A stretch of DNA of 24,000 bases from contig CAXBOO010000002.1 of the NCBI GenBank assembly GCA_963977425.1, forward strand, positions 487,761 to 511,760, written 5' to 3'. How positions within the stretch are numbered: position 1 is the first letter of the stretch; each line of letters opens with the position of its first letter. Shown one piece after another: positions 7,459 through 17,532 of this stretch. The notes beneath the pieces are model-generated. The model did not search any database. It was not told the DNA's origin and was given only the letters and a program-made list of their open reading frames with translations. The position numbers were made by a program, and so were the translations under genes. This DNA comes from an uncultured Flavobacteriales bacterium (GTDB lineage: Bacteria; Bacteroidota; Bacteroidia; Flavobacteriales_D; Luteibaculaceae).

Positions 7459-9189
7459 TTATATAGCTTTTAGTGAAAGGTTTCCCTTTATTAATCGTTC
7501 TTCACCAGATTTACTCTTACAAATTATACTTGAAAAAGTAATACGTGCTCCAGGTTTTAAACTAGCTAAAGCACCAGTTACATCTCCAGGAAGTCTTTCT
7601 CCAGAAACAGTTTTAGAGTAATCATCTCCACCACTGTTGATAGTTACTTTGTAAGACTTCACATTCCAAGAAATACCATCGAACAAGAAGTTTTCATCCA
7701 ACTTCGCTTTCAACATAGTTCCTCTTTTCATGAGGTTTACATCCATTGTACCATCTGAACCGTCATTACCAACAAACGTTACAAATGGATCTGGTATTGT
7801 TTTAATCTTAAATACTTTAGAACCTTTACTGCTTGTTCTTCCGTCTTTTCTTACAGAAACAGATACAGTTACAGTAGAGTTAGTCTTAAGCGTTTTTGGT
7901 GGAGTAACTTCAAAAGATCCACCTTTTATTTTCTTAACTGAACATCCGCCTGTTACACTGATACTAATGTTATCTGAATCGGCACCTGGTACAGAAACAG
8001 TAAGCGGGTTAGCAAGAGTTCTGTACAAAACATTCAATTTAGAAGGATCAATTACTGCTTCAGCATTTGAAACTTTGTATCCAAATTCAAACGGATAATC
8101 TTGCATTTGGCCTGTCAATGGATCAGCCATTTTCAAAACACCTTTCCAATCAAAACTACCATTAGCGCCAACCTTCTTCCCGATAATACCTTTACCTGCT
8201 CTAACATCTAGTTTTTCACCATCAATTAATTTACCGTCGGCATCAACACGTTGTGAAATATAAATTTCAGGATCTTTAGTATCATCATAAGCTGCAAGAA
8301 TCACTTCTGCTTTGAATGAATCTCCAGGTGCTAATAATGTCTTACCCATACTAACAACAGGAACAATGCTTGAAACTTTGAAATCGGCAGCATCTATTCG
8401 ACTTGCCAATAATTTCAACATATCAGATTCCACAGCTTTGATATCCGACTGTACTTTACTCAATACAGCTTGAACACCCGCAATTGGAATATGATCAAAT
8501 AAATGAAAAGCCCAATCTTGCATTACACCATCATGATCAGGTGTTTGTTCAAAATTGAAAATCTTTTCAATCGCATCAATTTGCGCTTGCTTTTGAGCTT
8601 TAGTAAATCCTTTCAATCCATTGATGGATGCAATAGAATTTGCCTTAAACGATTCCAGTTTAGCTTGCAATTCAATACCTGACCATTCGCCATCTCTAGG
8701 CTTGTCTAGGTTATCTCCAAACAATAAAAATGTAGGTGTATCGTAATCATCCTTTTTCTCATACAGTTTAACACTCATTACAGTGTCAACTCCATTTTCA
8801 TTAGGAGCAAGGTACTTAGACAATTCTGGATCGTCTTTTAAATCAGGAATCTGAGCCAATTTAGTACCACCACGTTCTGAATTTAAAAACAAAATTGCTT
8901 TTAAAGTTGTAAGGTATTTAACTGTTTCGTCAGCTTCTGATTTTATAGATTGAGCTTGTTTCCAGTACTCTTCAACTTTCGCTGGATTTTTATCGTATGC
9001 TGCTTTAAAGGCTGCATATTGATCGTCAATTTTAGTTGTAAATGATTCGTTGGTAGCTACAATACCTTCATCAATCATCGCGAACGCTTCCAATATATCT
9101 TTTGACACATTCAGTGCTAACAATGCTGTTAGTACCAAATACATCATCCCGATCATTTTCTGCCTTCCGGTTTCTTTACCGCCTGCCAT
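7459..9189 (-). CDS. gldM: Gliding motility / T9SS motor protein GldM (PorM)
   Basis: The N-terminus MAGGKETGRQKMIGMMYLVLTALLALNVSKDILEAF matches the highly conserved GldM start and single TM helix, including Arg9. A long periplasmic region follows. Confidence 0.92.
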   Translation of the reverse strand: MAGGKETGRQKMIGMMYLVLTALLALNVSKDILEAFAMIDEGIVATNESFTTKIDDQYAAFKAAYDKNPAKVEEYWKQAQSIKSEADETVKYLTTLKAILFLNSERGGTKLAQIPDLKDDPELSKYLAPNENGVDTVMSVKLYEKKDDYDTPTFLLFGDNLDKPRDGEWSGIELQAKLESFKANSIASINGLKGFTKAQKQAQIDAIEKIFNFEQTPDHDGVMQDWAFHLFDHIPIAGVQAVLSKVQSDIKAVESDMLKLLASRIDAADFKVSSIVPVVSMGKTLLAPGDSFKAEVILAAYDDTKDPEIYISQRVDADGKLIDGEKLDVRAGKGIIGKKVGANGSFDWKGVLKMADPLTGQMQDYPFEFGYKVSNAEAVIDPSKLNVLYRTLANPLTVSVPGADSDNISISVTGGCSVKKIKGGSFEVTPPKTLKTNSTVTVSVSVRKDGRTSSKGSKVFKIKTIPDPFVTFVGNDGSDGTMDVNLMKRGTMLKAKLDENFLFDGISWNVKSYKVTINSGGDDYSKTVSGERLPGDVTGALASLKPGARITFSSIICKSKSGEERLIKGNLSLKAI

Positions 9190-9221
9190 AAGTCGTTATA
9201 TTATTTAGGATTTGGTTTAGA

Positions 9222-10025
9222 TTAACCTTTGTTGTAATTCATTGCATTCAACATATTACCATAAACAGTGTTCAATGATGATAGGTTGGTAGACAATTCA
9301 GAAATATTCTCTTTATAACGCTTAGTATCTTCAACAGAATCTCTTAGGTTTTTCAATAACTCATCGATACCTTCAAACGCTTGGTTAGAAGCTTTAAGAT
9401 GATCTACAGAACCACTCAATTGCAATTCATATGCCTCGTTCAATTTATTCAAGTTAGAAGTCAATTTCTTCAAACTTTCGCCTGCTGTTTTACCAGAGAA
9501 TTCAGTATCCTGAAGACTAGCTAATGATTCAGAAGCATTAACATATGCATCGCTTAAGTGACTTACTTTTTCTGTAGCCCCTTTGATAGAATTAACGTAT
9601 TCATTGGTTGCAACTGAAGCATCTGAAATGTCGTTCAATTTTCGAGCTTGTCCACTCAAAGTTCTCATACCTTCTCCAAGGTTTTCCAACAATTCAGGAG
9701 TGATTTTTGCTTTATCAAGCGCACCGTCAAGGTCATCCCAACTTACAGATGTCTCATCTTCAAGATTCAACTCCATTTCGTCTTGTCTAAACTGCTTATA
9801 AACTAAAGACCAATCATATTCAGCATGAATTGGTTCAAAAGCAGAAAATATAAAGATAATTGCTTCTGTACCTAGACCTAATATCAACATTTCGTTTGCT
9901 CCTGGCCAGTGCATAATCTTAAAAAGTGCACCTACAATTACTACTGCCGCTCCAATACCATAGAGCTTTGCCATAAAGTTTTTCCAAGATTTACTACCGG
10001 GTCTGAATCCTTTTACGTTTGCCAT
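9222..10025 (-). CDS. gldL: Gliding motility / T9SS motor protein GldL (PorL)
   Basis: Two N-terminal TM helices (LYGIGAAVVIVGALFKIMHWPG / MLILGLGTEAIIFIFSAFEP) carry the conserved TM2 glutamate (E54 here). The C-terminal cytoplasmic region is helical and coiled-coil-like. It sits between gldK and gldM. Confidence 0.9.
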   Translation of the reverse strand: MANVKGFRPGSKSWKNFMAKLYGIGAAVVIVGALFKIMHWPGANEMLILGLGTEAIIFIFSAFEPIHAEYDWSLVYKQFRQDEMELNLEDETSVSWDDLDGALDKAKITPELLENLGEGMRTLSGQARKLNDISDASVATNEYVNSIKGATEKVSHLSDAYVNASESLASLQDTEFSGKTAGESLKKLTSNLNKLNEAYELQLSGSVDHLKASNQAFEGIDELLKNLRDSVEDTKRYKENISELSTNLSSLNTVYGNMLNAMNYNKG

Positions 10026-10074
10026 TCTTTTTTTTCTGTTTTAGTTGTTTGGGTAAGTTGGTTGTTCTTATTTA

Positions 10075-11433
10075 TTAGTTCTGTACTTCTTGTCCTCTTC
10101 CTAAGAATGACATTACTGAACGGAACCCTATGTAAGATTTTGCTGAATCTTGATATTCAAATGTTCTAGTACCACATTGTAAGTAGTAAGGAACATCTTT
10201 CCAAGATCCACCACGAATAACTTTTCTTTTAAATACTGGTAACTCATATGCTTTTGCATCGTAATTGTAATCAGGATTCAACTCTGAAGTGAATTGGTAA
10301 ACAGCTTCATCGTAAGCAGAAGAAGTCCACTCAGCTACGTTACCGGCCATACAATACAAACCATAATCATTTGGCTCGTAAGAATCTACTCGTAAAGTAT
10401 AGAATCCTCCATCTTCAACATAATCACCACGTAAAGGCTTGAAGTTAGCCAATGGGCAACCTAATCTATTTCTAATGTATGGTCCACCCCATGGGTATTG
10501 ACCTAAATCCAATCCACCTCTTGAAGCATATTCCCACTCAGTTTCTGTCGGCAATCTAAAGCTTGGCATTTCTAAATCACCACGCGATAATTTCCACTGA
10601 TTCATCAATCGTGTTCTCCACGCATTGAATGCTTTAGCTTGACCCCAAGTAACCCCAACAACTGGATAATCATCATAAGCTGGGTGACTCCAATAGTTTT
10701 CACTCATTGCATCGTTGTAAGAATACGTGAAATCGTGAATCCAAACAAAAGTATCTGGATAAATATTCACTAGCTCTTCTATTATATATGACGCACGACT
10801 ATCGTGATATGCAATTGGTGTTGATTGTCCTAATTTATTTATCTCTTCAACTCTGTTATCTCTAGTTTTAGGTACCGATGCACGCTTATAATCAACCCAG
10901 TAAAATCTAAAGTTAATTTGAGATGGATCAAATACTTTTTGACCGTACAGCATATCCTCTTCACTATTGATAAACAACGGATCTAAAGCTTCTCGAACTT
11001 CTTCGTTGCTCATATCAAAATCAGCATCGTAATTTTTGATATAAATCTCATCACCAGATATTTCATCTTCAATGATTTCAAAATACTCACCGTCGCCACT
11101 TACATCAGCATCAATTAAATACTGCATCTTGATACTATCAATAACATTGACTACAAATTGTCTGTATTCAGCATTAGAGATTTCTGTGTCATCCATATAA
11201 AATGAAGGAACAGAAACTGTTTTTGGTTGAGTATTGTGTGCAAATGGAACGTCGTCATCATTAGAACCCATTGTAAAAGATCCCATGTGAATGTAAACCG
11301 TACCATAAGGTGTTATTGGCGTGTAACCATCGTAACGGCTATATCCCACAACTTCACCAAAGCTTCCGCTTCCACAAGAAACTACTAAACCAGAGACAAG
11401 GCCTAAGACAAGTGTTTTTAAGATATTTTTCAT
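10075..11433 (-). CDS. gldK: Gliding motility / T9SS lipoprotein GldK (PorK), FGE/SUMF1-fold
   Basis: Lipoprotein signal MKNILKTLVLGLVSGLVVSC. The formylglycine-generating-enzyme-like domain is recognisable (..WEYASRGG.., GNVAEWT, VIRGGSW). Confidence 0.92.
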   Translation of the reverse strand: MKNILKTLVLGLVSGLVVSCGSGSFGEVVGYSRYDGYTPITPYGTVYIHMGSFTMGSNDDDVPFAHNTQPKTVSVPSFYMDDTEISNAEYRQFVVNVIDSIKMQYLIDADVSGDGEYFEIIEDEISGDEIYIKNYDADFDMSNEEVREALDPLFINSEEDMLYGQKVFDPSQINFRFYWVDYKRASVPKTRDNRVEEINKLGQSTPIAYHDSRASYIIEELVNIYPDTFVWIHDFTYSYNDAMSENYWSHPAYDDYPVVGVTWGQAKAFNAWRTRLMNQWKLSRGDLEMPSFRLPTETEWEYASRGGLDLGQYPWGGPYIRNRLGCPLANFKPLRGDYVEDGGFYTLRVDSYEPNDYGLYCMAGNVAEWTSSAYDEAVYQFTSELNPDYNYDAKAYELPVFKRKVIRGGSWKDVPYYLQCGTRTFEYQDSAKSYIGFRSVMSFLGRGQEVQN

Positions 11434-11500
11434 AAGTACAGTAAGTTGAAAGAGCTAAATAAAAGTTATTAACAGTGAAACGCAAATACATTGAACGAAA

Positions 11501-12484
11501 TTATAGGAATCTTACATTCTTGGACTTCCGTTCTTGCTCTTCAAAATCAATGGTTGAATCGATGATTGGTTTGTTTTTCAGGTTCACTCGCAACGTAATT
11601 TCATGCGAACCGCTATTATATGTCGACAAAGAACTTGTTTGAATATCATAAGAATATTGTACAACAAATGGTAAATTTGAAATTATGGCTTTATACTGAA
11701 GCAAAAGCGGTACAGATTCTTTGTGTCTATAACCTACTCCTAAGCCCAGTTTCGGATTAACAAAAAGCACGCTTTTCACATCCACAACACCCGTAGTAAA
11801 AGACTGCATTTCAGACTTATACAACCCAGACACAACTAAATTTCTTGATCCAAGAAAATTAATTCGAAAGATATTCTGTGTAAATATTACTGCTGTTCTA
11901 GTACTGGTTACGCCATTGGTAGTAAATCCACTTTCTAATAAGTTATTGAACCCAACACCTAATGACAATTGATTGTAATCGTAGGAAAAAGAAAAGTCGG
12001 TATCAAAAGTTGTTTCCTTTTCACCGATACCACTCAATAGCGGGTCATTTTCAACGGGATCAACCGACACAAAATCCTGTGATTGACGAATTCCATTCAC
12101 TCCCATTCTAAGCCCAAACTTGAATCGATTTTCTTTTCCTAAAGAATACACAGCACCCAACTTAAAATTTTGATTATCAACATTTTGTATTTGATCAAAA
12201 CTATAATATAGCTGTGCAATAAAGTTAGACGTGATTTTATAATTAACCCCTAACCCTGTCGTTTTTGGGCTAGAACTTAATCCTGTCCATTGACTTCTGT
12301 GAAAGGTAAACGCCGACAAATAAACATCGGGCCCTAGTGAAGAGATAAAATGCTCTGGCACAACATTATCATGATACAATTGCTCTCTTATTTGAGACGA
12401 TGCAGGTGTAAAACATACGAAAACTAAAGCCACAGCTAGCACCAAAGAAATTGGAATCCTATATATTTTAACTCTCTTTCGCAT
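11501..12484 (-). CDS. porP: PorP/SprF-family T9SS outer-membrane protein
   Basis: Signal peptide (..VCFTPASSQ), the family motif ..HRSQWTGLSSSPKT.., and a beta-barrel-like repeat pattern ending ..GSHEITLRVNL. It lies immediately upstream of gldK, as porP does before porK. Confidence 0.8.
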   Translation of the reverse strand: MRKRVKIYRIPISLVLAVALVFVCFTPASSQIREQLYHDNVVPEHFISSLGPDVYLSAFTFHRSQWTGLSSSPKTTGLGVNYKITSNFIAQLYYSFDQIQNVDNQNFKLGAVYSLGKENRFKFGLRMGVNGIRQSQDFVSVDPVENDPLLSGIGEKETTFDTDFSFSYDYNQLSLGVGFNNLLESGFTTNGVTSTRTAVIFTQNIFRINFLGSRNLVVSGLYKSEMQSFTTGVVDVKSVLFVNPKLGLGVGYRHKESVPLLLQYKAIISNLPFVVQYSYDIQTSSLSTYNSGSHEITLRVNLKNKPIIDSTIDFEEQERKSKNVRFL

Positions 12485-12514
12485 TTAATATTTGTTTGCA
12501 CCTCTAAGGCAACC

Positions 12515-13594
12515 CTACTTAAACATTTCCGTCCACCAAATTTTAGGAATATTACCCTTACTGCATTCAAGGTAATCATTTTCACTACAAGCAATTAGAG
12601 CATGTCGCTTAAAATTATGTTCCTTATTGATGTTATCAGGTGTTTTTAACCACCACCTATCCGATACGTTCGATTTATAAAACGTTAATGTAATATCATC
12701 CTTATCGAAAAATACGTCATAACGCACGTAATTGGTGTAGTCGCCAACAGGATAATCGCCTAATCGACGAATTACTGCGCCAGAAAAACACCAAAAGAGC
12801 TGACTGCAATAAGCAGCACTTGTTTCATCGAAATTTTTGAATGGATGAACCATTGAAATACCATTGCACTGATCGGACATTCCTGCATACATGGCTAATT
12901 GACACAAATCTTCAGCATACAAACCATTGGGTGACGCTCCAGAGTTACCTAATTCAGAGAACTTGAGCGAATTGGTATTGAGTATTACAAAGTCTGCTGT
13001 TCTTAACATAGGCTCTGCAATTACAGTGTTTGATCTTAAGTTACCTAACCTAAGTTCTCCAAAATTAAGGGTTGCCAAAGTTTCCTTTATAGTAGATGGC
13101 ACAAAGTATCCTTGAGCAGCTAAATGCGCATAATTAAACAAATAATTAGGTTTATGCGACAACATTTTCACAAGAAAATCCTCTTTCGAAAACATCTGAA
13201 TAGCCCCCGAAACTTCGCATACACTTACCCATTGCTCATAATTCTCGAAAGCTGAATACAGTGCAAAATTGCACTTATCATTATCCGAAAAGAATATTGG
13301 TATGCAGTTTTGTTTTATCAGAATCGTTGCAATTACCTTTATAGCTGATTGTTTCTTATCGTCAGTTAACGTCGAAACTACATTACCAATATCAATAAAC
13401 TCTACGCCTTCATCATAGTGATACGCATACAGATGTTTACGCAACAAGTTAGCATCAATACTTTTAGAAAAAGCAGAAAATACCACCATTTTATTGCTCA
13501 AATCTTCTGAGAAAAAATCAGTAATTATCGCCTCATTATAAGGCGCAATCTCCATCTCTGATTTCTCAAGAAAATCAAATTCAGAAAACATCAT
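12515..13594 (-). CDS. Hypothetical protein, possibly a degenerate arginase/formiminoglutamase (ureohydrolase)-fold protein
   Basis: 359-aa ORF with no signal peptide or TM segment. Its ATG overlaps the topA stop (ATGA 13591-13594). Segments line up by eye with ureohydrolase motifs, but the metal ligands appear replaced (IPIFFSDNDK for ..GGDHS; VILNTNSLKF..GASPNGL for S.DxDxxDP..P..GL). I am confident it is a real CDS. The fold assignment is tentative. Confidence 0.8.
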   Translation of the reverse strand: MMFSEFDFLEKSEMEIAPYNEAIITDFFSEDLSNKMVVFSAFSKSIDANLLRKHLYAYHYDEGVEFIDIGNVVSTLTDDKKQSAIKVIATILIKQNCIPIFFSDNDKCNFALYSAFENYEQWVSVCEVSGAIQMFSKEDFLVKMLSHKPNYLFNYAHLAAQGYFVPSTIKETLATLNFGELRLGNLRSNTVIAEPMLRTADFVILNTNSLKFSELGNSGASPNGLYAEDLCQLAMYAGMSDQCNGISMVHPFKNFDETSAAYCSQLFWCFSGAVIRRLGDYPVGDYTNYVRYDVFFDKDDITLTFYKSNVSDRWWLKTPDNINKEHNFKRHALIACSENDYLECSKGNIPKIWWTEMFK

Positions 13595-15987
13595 TTTTTC
13601 TTAGCAGCTGTAGTTTTTTTGGCCGCAGTCTTTTTAGCAGGCGCTTTCTTGGCTGCAGGTTTTTTAGCTGCCGTTTTCTTGGCCGGTGCTTTTTTGGCTG
13701 ATTTTTTAGGCGGTGCATTTTTGATGATCTCTTGAATTTCATCAAATGTCAATGACGCAGGTTCTTTATCCTTTGGGATTTTGTAATTGTTTTTCCCGTG
13801 GGCAATGTATGGACCATATCTACCTTCTTTAACGATCAACGTTTCGTCTTCCACAAACGTTTTTATCAAACTTCTCGCCTCTTTTTCTCTTGCCTCTTTT
13901 ATTACTTCTAAAGCCTCATCATAAGTAATGGTAATCGGTTCGTATTCAGTACCCTTCAAACCATGAAACTTCTTCCCTACCTGTACATAAGGCCCAAAAC
14001 GACCTTGGTTTACAGTAACTTTTTCACCATCTAATTCACCTAAATGTCTAGGCAGTTTAAATAATTCTAATGTTTCTTCAAGTGTAATTGTATTAAGAGA
14101 TTGAGTTTTTAGCAACGAGGCAAAACGTGGCTTTTCAACCTCTTCTTGACTTCCTATTTGAGCTAAAGGTCCAAAACGGCCAAGGCGAACCAAAATAGTG
14201 TGCCCAGTTTTTGGGTCTTTACCAAGAATGCGTTCACCTGAAGCTCTTTCAGAATTTTCGGTAGTATCTTCTACACGGTGATGAAAAGGCGTATAAAACT
14301 CTTTCAACATTCCTTGCCAATCAAGTTTACCTTCTGCTATTTCATCAAATTTACTTTCTACTTGCGCTGTAAAATTGAAATTAAGAACGGTTTCAAAATT
14401 GGTGGTCAGGAAGTCGTTCACAACCATACCAATATCCGTAGGTGAGAATTTATTTTTTTCTCTGCCTGTAATTTCTTTTTTCTCTTCTTTCTTAATATCA
14501 GAACCAGTTAACGACAGGAAAGCGTATTTACGTTCAGTTCCTTCTTTTTCATCTTTTGTTACATAATCACGCGCTTGGATAGTTGTAATGGTTGGAGCAT
14601 AAGTAGATGGTCTTCCTATTCCCAATTCCTCCAATCTTTTAACCAATGACGCTTCAGTAAATCGAGCTGGGTGATGTGTAAAGCGTTCAGTAGCTTCTAC
14701 TGTTGTATAAGCATAAGAGTTCCCTTCAACAAATGGAGGTAATATTCCATCAGCATCTTCAACTTCATCATCTGTACCTTCGGTATAAACGCGAAGGAAT
14801 CCGTCAAATTTAATTACCTCTCCTTTAGCTATAAAATCACTTGAAGTTGTTTGAGGCACAAACGTAACGGTAGTTTTCTCAAGTTTGGCATCGGCCATTT
14901 GAGAGGCCAAAGTTCTATTTCGGATAAGTGCATACAATCTCTTTTCTTGAGATTCTCCTGGCACTGCTTGTTGTGCAAAATTAGTCGGTCGTATGGCTTC
15001 GTGAGCTTCTTGCGCACCTTTGTTTTTAGTAGCAAATTGACGGGGTTGGTGGTATTCCTCACCATATTCTTTCACAATTTCAGCAGCAGAAGCCTGCATA
15101 GCTGTTTGCGATAAGTTTACCGAATCGGTACGCATATAAGTAATGAAACCAGCTTCGTACAGCTTTTGTGCTACACGCATCGTTTGGCTAACACCAAAAC
15201 CAAATTTTCTTGAGGCTTCTTGTTGCAATGTACTTGTAGTAAACGGAGCCGCTGGTTTTCGAAGCGATGGTTTAACGGTGATGTTTTTAGCATCAAACAT
15301 TCTACCTGAAATAGATTGAAGCAATTGGTTTGCCTCTTCCTCCGTTTTCAGATTGTTTTTAAGTACAGCATCGGCAACTTTACCATTATCAAACGCAACT
15401 TTAGCTACAACTCTAAAATAAGCTTCGCTTTTAAAATTCTCAATTTCACGCTCACGTTCAACCACCATTCGCACGGCTACACTTTGTACACGACCTGCAG
15501 AAAGCGATGGCTTAACTTTCTTCCATAACACTGGAGACAACTCAAAACCTACAATTCTATCTAAAATACGACGAGCCTGTTGAGCATTAACCAAATCAAC
15601 ATCAATAGTTCTTGGTTCCTCGATCGCTTTTAGAATAGCCGGTTTAGTTATTTCATTGAACGTAATTCTTTTTGTTTTTTCTGGAGTGAGACCTAAAACT
15701 TCATTTAAATGCCAAGAAATAGCTTCTCCTTCACGATCCTCATCCGTTGCTAGCCAAACCATTTCTGCTTTCTTCGCTAACTTCTTCAATTCCGCTACTC
15801 GGCTTTTTTTATCGTCGTCTACGACATAGGTAGGCGCAAAATTATTTTCGATATCGATACTTAAACCGCTCTTTGCCAGATCTCTAACGTGACCATAACT
15901 ACTTTTAACGGTAAAATCTTTACCTAAATATTTTTCAATAGTCGTCGCTTTTGCAGGCGACTCGACAATAACCAGATTCTTGCTCAT
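13591..15987 (-). CDS. topA: DNA topoisomerase I (type IA)
   Basis: Toprim start MSKNLVIVESPAKA..; DEDREGE; active-site tyrosine motif GFITYMRTDS; three C-terminal GR(F/Y)GP(L/Y) repeats; lysine/alanine-rich tail. Confidence 0.97.
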   Translation of the reverse strand: MSKNLVIVESPAKATTIEKYLGKDFTVKSSYGHVRDLAKSGLSIDIENNFAPTYVVDDDKKSRVAELKKLAKKAEMVWLATDEDREGEAISWHLNEVLGLTPEKTKRITFNEITKPAILKAIEEPRTIDVDLVNAQQARRILDRIVGFELSPVLWKKVKPSLSAGRVQSVAVRMVVEREREIENFKSEAYFRVVAKVAFDNGKVADAVLKNNLKTEEEANQLLQSISGRMFDAKNITVKPSLRKPAAPFTTSTLQQEASRKFGFGVSQTMRVAQKLYEAGFITYMRTDSVNLSQTAMQASAAEIVKEYGEEYHQPRQFATKNKGAQEAHEAIRPTNFAQQAVPGESQEKRLYALIRNRTLASQMADAKLEKTTVTFVPQTTSSDFIAKGEVIKFDGFLRVYTEGTDDEVEDADGILPPFVEGNSYAYTTVEATERFTHHPARFTEASLVKRLEELGIGRPSTYAPTITTIQARDYVTKDEKEGTERKYAFLSLTGSDIKKEEKKEITGREKNKFSPTDIGMVVNDFLTTNFETVLNFNFTAQVESKFDEIAEGKLDWQGMLKEFYTPFHHRVEDTTENSERASGERILGKDPKTGHTILVRLGRFGPLAQIGSQEEVEKPRFASLLKTQSLNTITLEETLELFKLPRHLGELDGEKVTVNQGRFGPYVQVGKKFHGLKGTEYEPITITYDEALEVIKEAREKEARSLIKTFVEDETLIVKEGRYGPYIAHGKNNYKIPKDKEPASLTFDEIQEIIKNAPPKKSAKKAPAKKTAAKKPAAKKAPAKKTAAKKTTAAKKK
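13594..13713 (-). repeat. Degenerate short tandem coding repeat giving the AKKx basic tail of TopA
   Basis: Encodes PPKKSAKKAPAKKTAAKKPAAKKAPAKKTAAKKTTAAKKK. On the plus strand it appears as reiterated TTTTTTAGC/TTTCTTGGC(C/T)GC units. Confidence 0.7.
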
Positions 15988-16088
15988 ACGGGTACAAATC
16001 TTGCAAAAAGAAATTAATACACAACCCTCTTCTAAAATTATAGGTGTTAAAGTTCGTGTGTCAAAATGTCATAACCCCACTATTTTCA

Positions 16089-16096
16089 TAGTTTTG
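16089..16096 (+). promoter_or_regulatory. Candidate Bacteroidota -7 box for miaB
   Basis: TAGTTTTG (TAnnTTTG), 24 nt upstream of the miaB ATG, in the 132-bp divergent topA/miaB intergenic region. Confidence 0.4.
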
Positions 16097-16119
16097 TTGA
16101 GACGACATAGTGCAGAAGA

Positions 16120-17532
16120 ATGGAAAACAACACCATACTAGAAGATAGACAGGGAGAAGTATTGCAGCGTAATAAATCCGGAAAAGGAAAAAAACTTTTC
16201 TTAGAAAGTTATGGCTGTGCAATGAATTTTTCAGACAGTGAAATAGTTGCATCTATTTTACATGAAAATGGATACGACACAACAAATGTCATTGAAGAAG
16301 CCGATTTGATCTTCGTAAACACGTGCAGTATTCGAGATAAAGCTGAACAAACGGTAAGACATCGCCTCAATTTTTTCAAATCTTTAAAACGAGCTAACAA
16401 AAACCTTCAGGTAGGTATTTTGGGTTGCATGGCCGAGCGTTTAAAAGAACAATTACTAGTAGAAGAAAAATTGGTGGATTTGGTTGTCGGACCAGATGCG
16501 TATCGTGACATTCCTGAATTATTAGAAGAAATTAATGATGGCAGAAAAGCCGTTAATGTATTGCTTTCGCGCGAAGAAACTTACGCAGACATCAACCCAG
16601 TAAAATTAAACAGCAACGGCATCACTTCTTTCATTTCCATAATGAGAGGATGCGACAATATGTGCACGTTTTGTGTAGTTCCGTTCACTAGAGGTAGAGA
16701 ACGCAGTAGAGACCCCTACTCTATTGTAAAAGAAGCGCAAGATTTAGCCAACGCTGGCTATAAAGAAGTAACACTTTTGGGCCAAAATGTAGATTCTTAC
16801 AGATGGAACATTACCAAAAAGGGGGAAATAATTGACGAAGAGAAAGAGGTTGTAAGTTTTGCTCGTTTATTAGAAATGGTTGCTCAAGTCGACCCTGATT
16901 TACGCGTACGTTTCAGCACATCGCATCCAAAAGACCTTACCGATGATGTTCTATACATGATGGCCAAATACGAAAACATTTGCGACTACATCCATCTACC
17001 AGTACAAAGTGGTAACAACGAAGTTTTGGAAAGAATGCACCGTGGCTATACTGTAGAATGGTATTTAGATAGAGTAGCTGCTATCAATAGAATTGTGCCT
17101 AATGCTAGTATTTCGACCGATATAATAAGTGGTTTTTGTGGAGAGACCGAAGAGCAACACCAAGGCACTTTGGAATTGATGAAAAAGGTAAAATTTTACT
17201 TCGCTTACATGTATAAATATTCTGAGCGTCCAAAAACACTAGCCGAAAGAAAATACGATGACGACGTTAGCGAAGAAACAAAAAGCAGAAGGCTTCAAGA
17301 AATAGTCGACTTACAACGCCTAAACAGTTTAGAACGCAACCAACAATTGGTGGGTAAAACTCACAAGGTATTGGTGGAAGGAGTATCGAAAAAATCGGCG
17401 GATGAATTTCATGGTAGGTTAACTCAGAATACCGTTGTAGTATTCCCAAAAGGCAATGCCGAAATAGGAAAATACGCCATGGTTCATGTACACGATTGTA
17501 CCGGAGCAACACTTAAAGGAAAGCTTGTATAA
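16120..17532 (+). CDS. miaB: tRNA-2-methylthio-N6-dimethylallyladenosine synthase (radical SAM methylthiotransferase)
   Basis: The three N-terminal UPF0004 cysteines (YGCAMN, NTCSIR, GCMAE), the radical-SAM CDNMCTFC motif, and a C-terminal TRAM-like region. Confidence 0.95.
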   Translation: MENNTILEDRQGEVLQRNKSGKGKKLFLESYGCAMNFSDSEIVASILHENGYDTTNVIEEADLIFVNTCSIRDKAEQTVRHRLNFFKSLKRANKNLQVGILGCMAERLKEQLLVEEKLVDLVVGPDAYRDIPELLEEINDGRKAVNVLLSREETYADINPVKLNSNGITSFISIMRGCDNMCTFCVVPFTRGRERSRDPYSIVKEAQDLANAGYKEVTLLGQNVDSYRWNITKKGEIIDEEKEVVSFARLLEMVAQVDPDLRVRFSTSHPKDLTDDVLYMMAKYENICDYIHLPVQSGNNEVLERMHRGYTVEWYLDRVAAINRIVPNASISTDIISGFCGETEEQHQGTLELMKKVKFYFAYMYKYSERPKTLAERKYDDDVSEETKSRRLQEIVDLQRLNSLERNQQLVGKTHKVLVEGVSKKSADEFHGRLTQNTVVVFPKGNAEIGKYAMVHVHDCTGATLKGKLV

